Source: the human T2T-CHM13v2.0 reference genome, Homo sapiens
DNA length: 64,000 bases
Assembly (NCBI RefSeq): GCF_009914755.1
Contig: NC_060928.1
Strand: one strand, 5' to 3'
The notes under the pieces are model-generated. The model worked only from the letters and a program-made list of their open reading frames with translations, did not search any database and was not told the DNA's origin. The position numbers and the translations under genes are program-made. Shown piece after piece: positions 51,834-64,000 of the stretch. Each line of letters opens with the position of its first letter. Position 1 is the stretch's first letter.

Positions 51834-53148
51834 ATGTCCTAGAAGAAAACCTAGGAAATACTCTTGTTGACATAGCCTTGGCAAGTAATTTTTGCTAAGT
51901 CCCCAAAAGCAATTACAACAAAATCAAAAATAGATAATTGTTACCTAATTAAACGAAAGAGCTTCTGCACAGCAAAAGAAACTATCAGCAGAATAAACTG
52001 ACAACCTACAGAATAGGAGAAGATACTCGCAAACTATTCATCTGACAAAGGCCTAATATCCAGAATATACAGGTAATTTAAACAAATCAACAAGCAAAAA
52101 ACATATAACCCCATTTTAAAATGGGCAAAGGACATGAATAGACACTTCTCAAAAGAAGACATAGCAATAGCCTAGAAACCTATGAAAAAATGCTCATCAT
52201 CACGAATCGTCAGATAAATCCAAATCAAAACAACAATGAGACACCATCACACACTATTCAGAATGAGGATTATTAAAAAGTCATAAAACAACACATACTG
52301 GTGAGACTGTGGAGAAAAAGGAACACTTATACATGGTGGTGATAATGCAAGTTAGTCCAGCCATTGTGGAAAGCAGTCTGGAGATTTCTCAAAGAACTTA
52401 AAATATAGCTACCTTTCTATTCATCAATTTCATTACCAGGTATATATCCAAAGAAAAATAAATCATTCTAACAAAAAAGACACATGCACCTGTATGTATG
52501 TTCATCGCAGAACTATTCACAATAGGAAAGACATGGAATCAATCTTACAAATCAACAGTGGATTGGAAAAAGACAATGTGGTACATAAATATCATGGAAT
52601 ACTATGCACCTATAAAAAAGAATTAAGGAGAATGAAATCATGTCCTTTGCAGAAACATGGATGCAAAGGGCATCCATGGTAGTTGGAGGCCATAAACCTA
52701 AGTGAATTAACACAGGAGCTGAAAACCAAATACTGCCTGTTCTCACTTATAAGTGTAAACTAAACAGGGAGTACAAACGAATATAAAGATCAAAAGATAG
52801 GCACTGCAGACTACTAGGGTAGGGAGAGAGGGAGTGGGATGCAGGTTGAAAATCAAGTAGCATACTCATTCCCTGGGTGATGGGATCTCTACCCCAAAAC
52901 TCAGTATCATGCCCTATTGTCAGGTAACAAACTTGTACGCCTACCCTCTGAATCCAAAATACACAAATAAAATAATACATTCATAGATTTAAGGAGAAAA
53001 ATTAAATGATCATCACACAAATGCTGAAAAGGTAGCTAGCCAAAATCAACAACTATTCTGGATTAACACACACAATAATAAAGTAGTTGCGGATATTTAA
53101 TTAGTTAAGATTTTTTAAAATTAAAAGCAGAAAACCATAGTATAATTG

Positions 53149-53435
53149 CTTGCACCATAGCTTTCTCTCCTTCAGCCCGCAAGCATCCGGATTTGCCATA
53201 GAAAAAGACAACCTCTACTTTTTTCTTTTTGTATTTTCATAAACACTGAAGAAGCTGGAGCTGTTAAATTTATCTTGGAGAAACCTCTATTTGGTGTCGT
53301 GGAATCTCTTACTGCTTTCAATACACAATTAGTAATCAACTATGTTGTATACTTGTTTTCAGTTTTCATTTTGACAAACAAGCATTGTAATTATAGCTAT
53401 TAGAATAAAATCTCTTAACTATTAAAAAAATAAAA
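53149..53435 (+). pseudogene. Probable processed-mRNA 3'UTR fragment (retrocopy), parent gene not established
   Basis: Non-repeat-looking 3'UTR-like sequence with residual CpGs; AATAAA (53404-53409) 14 nt upstream of an A-run (53424-53435). Confidence 0.6.
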
Positions 53436-53461
53436 TTTTCCGGATAATGATATCTATTTAA

Positions 53462-53885
53462 TCCTTTTCCTGTTTTTTTTTGTTTGTTTGTGTCTGTTTT
53501 TGTTTTTTTTTTTAACTACAGCTCACTGACAGCGTTCATTTAATTTTACATTAAAATGCTCTTTGAGGCTGGAGCAAATCTGACTGATTTTCAATGTGAA
53601 AATAAAATATAAAAATTATCATTGGAGTTATTTCTAAACAGAACTAACATCAGAATCATCTGAATCATCAGAATTGTCTGTTTCAGAAAAATCAGATTCA
53701 TCAAATGAATCTTTGGCCAACAACTCTTAATAACAATGTTAACATCACGTGTAGGAATGCTATGTTTTCTAGAATTTGACATTTATGGGACTAATTACTA
53801 CATTTTTTAAAATGGAAATGCCACCATTAAAAACAGAACGCTACAAGTGGAATGATCTCTTTTGTTTCCAAAGTTGATATACTAG
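53462..53885 (+). mobile_element. MER75 piggyBac-family MITE, one end missing
   Basis: TTAA (53458-53461) then TCCTTTTCCTGTTT TIR; CTCTTTGAGGCTGGAGCAAATCTGACTGATTTTCAATGTG; minus strand encodes MSNSRKHSIPTRD, like the PGBD4 N-terminus. Confidence 0.85.
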
Positions 53886-54183
53886 TTTTTAACAAGGAGA
53901 CCTGATCCTTCGTGTGTTTTTGTGTTTTGAGGCTTACCCAAGGAACTTATGCTTGCACTGAAATTTAATGGATAAGTATGAGATAAAACTGGGGTCTGGG
54001 GATGTCCAAGCACATCAAACAGCATAGACATTAACTCTGAATACAGAGGGATCAGAGCAAAAGGGGAACTGAAAGAAATTGTGTCTGAAGAGCAGAAAAT
54101 GTAGAAAATGCTCAGCCAGAGAAGTGGGTAGAAGTAAAAGGGAGACAGTATCATGGAGTTTTATAGGGAAGTCAGAAAATGGG

Positions 54184-54350
54184 CTTTTTTTTGGGGGGGT
54201 GGGGGGCAGGGTCTCACTCTTTCACCCAGGCAGGGGCGCAACCATGGTTCACCGCAGCCTCAACTTCCCAGGCTCAAGCAATCCTACCACTTCAGGCTGT
54301 GGGGCAACAGGGACTAAAGGCAAACACCACCACTCTTGGCTCATTTTTAA
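54184..54350 (-). mobile_element. Alu right monomer (FRAM/AluJ-like)
   Basis: CAGGGTCTCACTCT...CACCGCAGCCTCAACTTCCCAGGCTCAAGCAATCC. Confidence 0.8.
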
Positions 54351-54859
54351 AATTTGTTTAATTTTAATATTAGGTATGAATGAGTTTTAATGTAGTGCTA
54401 TCACTTAAAGTATATTTTCTAAGTTTCCAGCAAAAAGGCATTGGCTTATTTTTTCATCTGTGTGCCATATAAGTAATTTGATAGATTTTCCTGATCTATA
54501 CAAATTGTATTTGTTAAAGATATACAAGATACACCTCATAATAATAGTTGGCAGTATAGTTAAAACATATTAGCACTACCACCACTAATAATATATATTT
54601 CTGTAGATACAGTTTCACTGGCTTATTATTTCTTTCTGGTATTCATATCGTGGCCATGAGAATATATGTGGAATTCAAGAAACCATACTCATCGCATTGA
54701 TGCACATAATTTGAGGAACCACCTATCCTTGGAAATGCTCATTGCTAACACTTGGTCCTCCATTTCAATGCTTTTATTTGTAGAAATGAGGCTAGAAAAC
54801 AAACAAGTAGTTGATTTTTTTCTAATTTTACACTTTGTCATAAGTAAAGTATTAGACCC

Positions 54860-55194
54860 TATCTCAGTCTCTTTGTGCAGCTACAAAGAATACCCTAATC
54901 TGGGTAATTGATAGGTGGTGTAAATTTAATTTCTCACAATTCTGGAGGCTGAGGAGTCCAAGATCAAAGTAGTAGTATCTGGTGAGAGCCTCTTGCTTCA
55001 CCCTCACAAGGTGGAAGGCAGAATAGCAAGAAAAGTGAACCCATTCTCAAACCCCTTTTTACAGTGGCATTAATCCATAAATCCTCCACCCTCATGACCT
55101 AAACACTTCCCTAAAGGCCTCACTTCATAACTTTGTCACATTGGGGAATAAGTTTACAACACACACATTTTGGGGACACATTCAGACCATAACA
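54860..55194 (-). mobile_element. MSTC/D-like MaLR solo LTR
   Basis: TTCTGGAGGCTGAGGAGTCCAAGATCAA...CCCTCATGACCTAAACAC...ACATTCAGACCATAACA. Confidence 0.8.
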
Positions 55195-56507
55195 ACCATC
55201 CAATTTATAACCTCTGGATTTGGGATACCTAGAATATCTTTATGATGCCCTTATGGAAGTTCACAACTGGAAATAGCACGTATATCAGAAAACATGCATT
55301 CAGAAGAATTCATTCTCTTCCTTTGCCTCACCAGAAAATCAAATCTATTCAGAAGATTATAAGCTCAAGAAACAATTGTCCTCTTTGTAATAATCAACGT
55401 AGGCAGAGACATAGTGTCATTCTGCAGAAAATAAGCATCATTGCATGATTTGCTTAATACTCTTATGTTGTCCAAATTGTAAACGATCACTCTGCATGTT
55501 TTATCAGTTCTCTTTTGGTAGTAAATGCTGTGCAGTGGATTACTAGATTGAATTATTTATGATAACATCATCTTATATCCTGATTAAAATGCATACTTTA
55601 TATGCAATGTATTAAAGTAAGAGAACTAAAGTTTACCTCTGGGGATTTTGTCTTCAAATATAAATGTAGCTTTAAGTTTTCTATAGTGACACCATTTCTT
55701 TCAGAATATTTTCTGCATTTATTTTCCTGCAGTAGCTACACGCAGATGTATACTTGGGAGACTCTTCAGAATTAGATTAATTGGAGGTGGCAAATTTAAA
55801 GCCTCCTAGGATCAAGCAGGTAATAAAAAAATAAATGAAGAGAGCCTAGTAGTCAAACACTAATAACTAGTGGTTTGATTGGGAGGTGTGAAAAATAATA
55901 AGAAAAAGCACACAGACATCCTGACCAAAATGAGCAGCTGCTCCTCAGCCCCAGCCAGCTGCTACACCAAAGAAGTCAACTTTTAGGTGTCAGTTGTTTT
56001 CAATTTCTTAAATATTGGGGAAAAATTATTTCTGGTATAAATAAACCTATTTTGGAACTAGATATGCACTTTTATTTGTAAACTTTGCGATTTTAAGTTC
56101 TCCCTTTTGAATTCCTACTTATTAAGTAAATGAAATTGAACTTTTTTTCAAATTTATATTTTAATAATTTATTTTTAATTTTACTAAAATAGTTATCATT
56201 AATGGGATTCTGACAGGGTCCCATTTACCATGCTAAACATTATAGAAATTACCTCATTCCAGCCACAATTAAATTATATGTAGGTAACATAGTCACCTTC
56301 CTTGACGTACGAGAAAACTGAGGTATGGTGAGTTTAATGTTCTTTTTCAACACCATCCTCAATGTTGTATGTGAAAATCAAGCCAGAAGCTTGTCCTCAG
56401 AAGCAGAGCACCTACACTCTTTGGTACAGATAGTCTTAAATAGTCTATACAGTAGATAAATGTAGCTGTGGGTACAAGTGCAAATGTAGCTCTATCTCCT
56501 GTCTGGC

Positions 56508-56509
56508 TA

Positions 56510-56568
<59 letters not shown>

Positions 56569-56584
56569 GTCTATCTGTCTGTCT
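56508..56584. repeat. Compound (TCTG)n(TCTA)n tetranucleotide STR
   Basis: About 11 TCTA units flanked by TCTG units. Confidence 0.95.
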
Positions 56585-57200
56585 CTCTAGCATCTATATA
56601 CCTATTTATTATCTATATGTCTATCTATTTGTCATCTAATAGAATCATGGGTTATGTACATTAACTTTTAACCAGGTTTTCTTTGTTATACTGCAGATTG
56701 ATAGTGCTGTTTAAAATTACTAAAACCGTTAATTCTATTTCATCTACATTTGTTTACCTACCATTTCCCTTATAATCTTTTCTTCCTAACTTTGTGGAAG
56801 ATTTTTCTTCCCATGTACTGACTATGTTATTCAACCTTCTAAGAAACCCCAGTTAAATCTATCCCACTATGATTATACCTTTATTTTCTTCATGTTTAGA
56901 AGTTATGACATATATCCTAATTTATCACTTAAAATCATAGAATTTTAATGTACTAATACCAGTCAAACATGCTTATGAATTTTTCTTTTAAATACAGGTT
57001 TTAAGATTTTTGAAATAAAGAATCAACATTTCTGTTTTTTCTATTCATTTCTTTTCCCCTCCTCTAGCGCTTAGCCTATACCAGGAACACATCAAGTTCA
57101 TTCAATATTTGCTTATAGAATGAAGGAAAGAATGAATATTTGAGGATTTTCTAGAAAACCATGAGAGGACCCTTTTGATCTAAAAACATCACACTAGCAT

Positions 57201-57338
57201 TGATATGGTTTGGCTGTGTCCCCATCCAAATCTCATCTTGAATTGTAGCTCCCATGATCTCCACATGTCATGGGAGGAATTCAGTGGGAGTTAATTAAAT
57301 CATGAGGGTGGGGTTTTCCCATGCTGTGCTCCTGATAG
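57201..57338 (+). mobile_element. THE1 LTR 5' part (truncated)
   Basis: TGATATGGTTTGGCTGTGTCCCCATCCAAATCTCATCTTGAATTGTAG...CTCCTGATAG then abrupt end. Confidence 0.88.
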
Positions 57339-57466
57339 GGAGGATGACTGGAGGTCACTGTCATTGCCATCTGCTGATTTCAGCAGGTTTCTCCACTACA
57401 TCTTATTTTGATCAGTCAAGTCATGGCATAGGCTCACAAAAGAAGTTCTCCTGATCTCCTACCTCA
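57337..57466 (-). mobile_element. MER41-family ERV1 LTR 5' part (truncated)
   Basis: Minus strand TGAGGTAGGAGATCAGG...CAGATGGCAATGACAGTGACCTCCAGTCATCCTC resembles the MER41 5' end. Confidence 0.65.
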
Positions 57467-57857
57467 TACTGACAAGAGAGAAAATTAAAGTGTTATTGCC
57501 TGGAATTGTCAAAAATATCTGAATTACTTTTATACTTGAAGAAAGATGATTTTAGTTATAAAAGTAGATAGCATAATAAATTCATTTGCTCTATGCCTAA
57601 GCCATACATAGGTATCCTAGTTTTGCTAGGGAAAAAGATATTTATTCCTTAGGAAGCCATGAAAGTGTCTATAAACCCTAATTTCTTCTTCTGATAAATC
57701 TGGTATTTTTTTCTACAATATTGTACACTTTGGTGCAAATTTCTTTTCTGAAAAACTCATTTACTTTCTGCATTTTTGTTTGCTTTTGTACATATACTTT
57801 CCCAAAATATGAAAAATGAAAGACTTGACAAACGTAATTCTTCCTTTATATCTTTAT

Positions 57858-58688
57858 GTTAATAAGGGTCCAGTCAGGACACACACAAAAATGCACCAGT
57901 AACGTAAACAGGGAATCTTTGTCATTAAAAAAAAATCATTAACATACAAATTAGTTAACTACTAAAAAAGTTAAAGGGGACTCTAATAAGGCCAGAATTA
58001 GCAAGTGCAAATAAATGCATATATACAACCAACAGGCTGAGAGATACGGGATAATGGAGGAAGTGGAGGGCGTAGAAGAGAGTCCTCTACCCCAGGCTGA
58101 GGTTTCAGACTTTTTGAAGAAGGCATGGCTACCTAGGAACAGTCTGTCAGTGGTAAGGATTTCCAGAGGATCTAGACCAGGGCCGACCAACAGAATGGGA
58201 TCGCTGCCAAAGGATGTAAGCAGATGTGCGCTTGTCTCTAGAAGCATACTGCTCATAGGTTACACAGTGGCCTGAGATCACAGCTGGACCCTCTGTAGAA
58301 ACAACCGCCTAATGGGGGTCAGCTGCCTGAGGATCTGACCATGACTGGCATCATCCATGAAAACAGCCAGCCAGATAGGGAGAGTATGGCTTCATATGAA
58401 GGGCACAGCTATTGTGAAGGAGAGCTTGAGGCTACAACTAGTCTGTGAGGGCTGATAAGGTGAGAGCTACCAAGCCTCAACCCCAGGACTAAATAAAATA
58501 TGGAAGCAACACTGACCCAGAAGGGAAATGCTTTCTTGCATGACCACCTCACAATGTCACTCAAGAAAAGTTACTGAAAAAAATTCTAATAATGTACCAG
58601 CTAGCAAAGCAGATGTGTACAGCGTTAATAAAACTTGGTTTAGGCTAGTTTTAGAGGTGAGAGACTATAAATTCACATCTGCCCCAAT
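57858..58688 (-). mobile_element. Ancient LTR (LTR81/84/85-like)
   Basis: AGGGTCCAGTCAGGA...CACCAGT start and TTTAGAGGTGAGAGACTATAA end resemble these families; GC-richer interior. Confidence 0.45.
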
Positions 58689-60818
58689 CTCTTATCACTG
58701 AAGATCTTTCCTACAAATATCTAGCTTATTATCTTTAGGGCTTACCAGGGAAAGAATTTGAATCAGTGCCTTATTCCACCATTTAGTATTATATTCCAAA
58801 TTTAAACAGTTTAGAATCATGTTTGCATCATTTTATTACCAAAGAATATGATCAAATTGTCTATTCAGATGCAAATAAGAAATCTGCACTTAATTGATTT
58901 AACCAAATAGTTTAATAACATGATTATTTAAGCAGATTCAAATAACTTATTAACCAATACAATGTGTGTGCATATGCCTTTTTTATGTATTCCCAGTATA
59001 TATGTTTATATAGTAGGGACAGAGAGTCAGAGATAAAAAAAATATAAATGTGCAATTAAAAAATCACTTTCAAGTACGATTTTAGCCTATAGTTTGGTCT
59101 AGTTCTCAAGAGGTTAAAATTACAGATATTATTTCTAACAGGATTTCAACTATTGTTTATTGCAATCTGCTCAGTTAAAAAAGATTCATCTGATACTCAG
59201 AGATATTGGTTCACTTGTCCAAGATTTTATAACTAGATAGTAGCAGATTGCTCTATAGCCCAAGTTTCATGGTTTGAACTCTAATTCTCTTCCCATATCG
59301 TCTGCCTTGAAAAGAGCTAGCAATGAATACTCTGTTTATCACATACTACAAAGTCATCACTTGAACACATTGTTAAGTTTTGCTGGCTGTTTCTTTTAAC
59401 AAGAAATGTAATTTCTTGTGGAATTACTTTTTGAGGTAAATAATACTATCTCTCAGTAACATGGACTGGGTGACATATGCAAAAAAAATTACTGAGAGCT
59501 CTATGTAATGTGCATTTCACTTCATATAAAGTCGTTCATTTTGATTTAAAGATACATAAAAGTTCTATCTTAGCATTCTTTATAAATTAACAAAAAGTGT
59601 AACTAATGAGGAAACATTTAACATATTTAAAAAAACCGTTAAAGAGGACTCATAATATTCCAGTTCTATCTTTAAAATTAAAAGCCACCACATTTTTACT
59701 CATTTTTAACTTTCTTGGCTAAATATAAGTTATTTGATCTTATTTTTAACTTCTCTTGTAGATCCTAAGGGAGTAATTTCTCCCCTTCTTTAGTCGATGC
59801 AGAAATGGCAGGGCAAAATTAAGACTGATAGCACAATACATCAGAGGCTCAAGAAATTACCTGAGATGTCTTTGCAGGACCATGTGACAAATGCCACCAA
59901 CCTCTCTTACCTCCTTTGAAATGTTTCTTTGTTTGATATAAATGATATAGCGGTGACTATCTAAGGACAGACTATGACCAGGGGTCAACTGTATTAATGT
60001 AACAGACACTTTATTCCTAGGATATATAATTTACTTCTTTAAAAAAATCGCCATATTTTTCAGTGTACTTTAATCTGTCAGATTTCAGGGTCAGACAGCT
60101 TTCTTAAAGTGGATAGTAACAATTTATTCAGAGTAAACCAGTGTATTGGACTTTAAGATATAGCTACTCTTTTATATCTTACAAAGTTTTAAAGTTATTT
60201 TCAGGTTGAAAACTGAAGGCCAGTGGAGAGTATAAGAAAGACATTTTAGGTACGGAATGTCAGACAAAATTTTTTTCCAGAGAATATTTTGTACTTTCTT
60301 TTAAGGATAAGTATATTTAAATAACATTCAAATATATAAACCAACTTCAGAGAAACATTATAAGATCATTACCCATTCCTCACCAGAGTAACACTTCAGT
60401 CAGGTTAAGGGAGTAATGATCCCTTAAGGCATCAATTATCACTCTCTTTTGCTAATATGAATTGGAGACATTGAAGCCAAGGGATATAAAACATTTGATT
60501 TATTCGATATATTTGAGCCTAACATGCCCCAAATTTAGGAAAATAATACAGCCAAAGCTCTTATTTGTTGATATTTTCTTTATATGTCCTATGCATATTC
60601 CTCCACTCAACAACATGCATTGTACATGCGCAATATTCCAGGAATTATGCAAATACCACAAACATTTATATAGAGCTGTGTTCTTGCATTTATATAATTA
60701 CAAATGAAAACAACTACAAAAATGCTAATTATAGGTAAAATATTATTTCCCCCCTTCTAGTCAAACTTAGATATTGAAACTCCATAGTTGAAGCATAGAC
60801 ATTCATCTAGAGGCAGGC

Positions 60819-61177
60819 TGCTATGGTCTGAATATTTGTGTCCCCCATCCCCCCAAGATTTATATGTTGAAATCCTGAGCCCCCAATAGGTAGTATTAGG
60901 AGATTGGCCCTTTGGAAACTTCACTCTCATGAATGGGGTTAGCGCCCTTATAAAAGATGTATAAGGGAGCTCAGTTGCTCCTTCCATCATGTAAAGATAC
61001 AGGTAGAAGTCACCATCTATGAACCAGAAACTTGGCTCCCACAAGACACCAAATCTACTGATACCATGATCTTGAATTTCCTAGGATCGAGAACTATAAG
61101 AAATAAATTTATATTTTTTATAAGCTACCCACTTTATAGATAGTATTTTGTTACAGCGTCTTGAACAGACTAAGACA
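60819..61177 (+). mobile_element. MLT1A MaLR solo LTR
   Basis: TGCTATGGTCTGAATATTTGTGTCCCCC...CTCATGAATGGG...AACAGACTAAGACA. Confidence 0.88.
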
Positions 61178-64000
61178 CAGCTTATCAGAGAAATCATTGT
61201 TAAATATGTCAAGAGTTTTGACATAATATCATTTTTGAGAGGCATATTTTGATCACTTATAGTAAAACACTAAACACTTCAAAAGAAATTAACAGAAATA
61301 AAGCCAACAGGTTTTATTCATTTATTGAGGAATGCTTTTAGTCAAGCATTGTGATTATAAATGAATTGTATTCATTACCTACTTTTTTAAGTGGATGAAA
61401 AATTATACTGCTTTCACCCAATGTGTGCCAAACAAAAGGTGGAATAAAAGGTAGCATTGAAATATCTGAGCAGTCTGACTACAGTATTAGTCACATCCTA
61501 CACACTGACCTTTCTAGTGGCAGGGACATTCAGTTAGCTCTTCCAAGGAGTTGGCATTTTCACAAGTAATAAACCTCTTTAATGTCAGTCATTTGCTTAG
61601 CAGGATTACCGTCTCTTGACTGATGAGTTTCTAGTGATGTATAAAACCACCCAAGTGCTTTACTGATTTTGCCTCTATTCAGAAGATACAATGGCTTATT
61701 TCAAAGAATGAATGCTATCATTAGCATCCCCTAGAAATTTAATTATCTATAGGAAGACAATGGAAAGAAGTTATGATTGACTTAGTTATGCTTTTTAGAA
61801 ATATGTGCCAATGAAAGATAGCTATTATACAGGTCAAGGGTTTATGAATAAAACTCTTCTATTCTCAGGAGCTCCAAAAGGTGAGTGGCTAGCATGTTTA
61901 AGGTAGATTATTTCTAGTTCAATGTGAGCTCCTAATCCTATTTTTGACTAAAAACAGTATGGCTGTTTTTATCTTTATTCTGACTTACCTTCAAATGCTC
62001 AAATTCTTGAATTGAATACAACGCATTGATTGTCCACAAGTGGGTTCTTCATTCCTCCTCTGGCTTGGCTGAGCAATTACTCTAATTCTCATGAAAAAAT
62101 TTTTGATTTGGAAATCAGGATTAATCTCCATATTATATTATCTAACATACTTCCATACCACTTCCACTTCCACAGTAGAGTTTGTTATTTATTAATTGCC
62201 ACCCATCCCTTGTATTAGTGCTTTAGCATAGTATGGACTTACTGAGACTAGAGTGTGGCATTATCATTTCTCTCACCATAATAAGTTGCTCTAGCTCATG
62301 TTCACCACATGAAAGATCTTAGAGGGATTTTATTTTAAAAATATCCTTATAGTCACTCCTGGAAACCCAAAGATTAGGCATGAATGGACATGCATTCATA
62401 CATGTTCATTGTAGCTCAGAAGTAAAATTTAAAAGAGAAATACCACAGGTTTGTTATATACAAGTATTGTTGCCATAACAGAACATGGTTTTTAATCTAT
62501 TATAAATTCATCACTACACATAATATTCAAGCTTTGTTGACTTTTCCCAGCAGTAAAGAAATATATATTTCTTTAGATGGGATGCTGATAAGGATAATAA
62601 AAATGTAAAACATTTTTTGATTATGAAAACAATCTCTGGATATTTATATGCATCATAATAACTTCATGTCATTTTAAATAATTCATGAAGATAGGAAATA
62701 TGAAAGGAGTTTTAGAGTTGGAAAGATAAATTATATTTTTCAAATGTGGCATTTGAAAAGTTTGTGCAAAGTTGGAGTAAAAGAATTTTGACATCAGGTG
62801 ATATCTGAGCCAGATACATAGCTAATGGAGCTCAAAAATGTTAAAGAGAGGTTAACTGAAAGGACTTTGGGAGTAGAAAGTGAAGATCATAAAAGAGGTC
62901 AAGAGAAATAGCAAGATATTCAAGTGAGAAAAAAACCCACACAAATAAATTCCTGAATAATGGGTATGATAGAGTAAATGTTATTTTCAACATGAAGAAA
63001 AATAGGTAGAAAAAAGAAAGGTAATTCACACTATGTAAACAGTCAGCTAGTTAAAAAGGTAAATATCGCAGGACTTTTGAGAGATAATTTTGATATATTT
63101 TTGTATTAACAGCATTGATTATATAATTAGATGAAAGAAAAATTGTATTCCTAATATAATATGATCAAAAATATATTCAAATATTAGAATTGTTCTGACA
63201 TTTGGATGCTGACTTTGCATTTGATTCTGAAAATTTATATTAAGTTCAAAAGATGATTTTTATTTAGTTAACATTATAAGACAAATCAAGACCAATTAGG
63301 TTTAAAGTAGACAGATTTTTTTTTTTGGTTTGTTACACCTTAAATATATTGCAAATAGGATCTTAGTAAATTTAGTACCTTAATAATTTCTACCGTGATG
63401 GACAAATTCTCCATTTTCAATACCACTTTGTTACCTCCTCTATAAAATGAGCATAAAATAAAATAGCAAGTTTTATGAGAGGTCACAACATATTGCCATA
63501 AGATCTAAACTTTTAAGTACACTATTAAAGTGACTAAAAGTAGTAAGAAAATACATTAAAATAAAAGGCAGTACACAGTAGATGATGAAAGAACTAAATT
63601 GGAATCCTTAAGAGGCCTATAAAAAATTAAATATTGAACAATAATTTTAATTGGGGTTTAGCTTCATTTGATTGTGAAATATTATTTCAAGTTTATTCCT
63701 CTTTTTTCAAATGAAGACACAATTGATTGCTACCTTTGAACAGAACGTCTTTTCACGTATATCTCTATCTCAAGTTATTTTCAATATTTTTTGATGTATC
63801 ATCCCACTAATCACATGCTGACTCACTCCTGCCATCAAAAGCTCAGAACTGCCAGTTAAGCTAAGGTAACATTTTTAGAACTCATTTATGAAGTATTTCT
63901 CTTTCAGGACAATAAATATCTTGTATACAGACAATATGCAAAGCACTTCCAAGTTTTAATTGTAAAAAATGATAAAAATGTGTTTTTCATTAATTTTGAA

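Noticed and set aside
55850-55880. Imperfect hairpin AGTCAAACACTAATAACTAGTGGTTTGATT
   Set aside because: Short and mismatched; expected by chance in 64 kb
63815-63825. NF-E2/AP-1 motif TGCTGACTCA (also TGAGTCAGC near 16950)
   Set aside because: Isolated short motifs cannot support an enhancer call without chromatin data

Overview
Primate (human-like) nuclear DNA: AT-rich, CpG-poor, L1/LTR-rich and Alu-poor, consistent with a gene desert or the interior of a large intron. I recognise no protein-coding exon; the ORFs I could assign come from L1, Alu or LTR sequence, and the rest look like chance AT-rich frames. The window is mostly fossil mobile DNA: a dead full-length L1PA15/16-type element (~45.9-53.0 kb), truncated L1s, about 6 Alus, many MaLR/ERV1 solo LTRs, Tigger elements and a piggyBac MER75. 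The most notable items are: (1) a U6 snRNA-L1 chimeric retrocopy (840-~2750) whose L1 3' end appears patched by a younger L1; (2) a MER75 retaining the start of the PGBD4-type transposase; (3) a probable retrocopied mRNA 3' end; (4) a CpG-retaining LTR1; (5) several repair scars; (6) a candidate 12-nt microexon. I cannot support a wholly new biological system. Repeat family names come from memory of consensus sequences and need confirming with RepeatMasker/Dfam.
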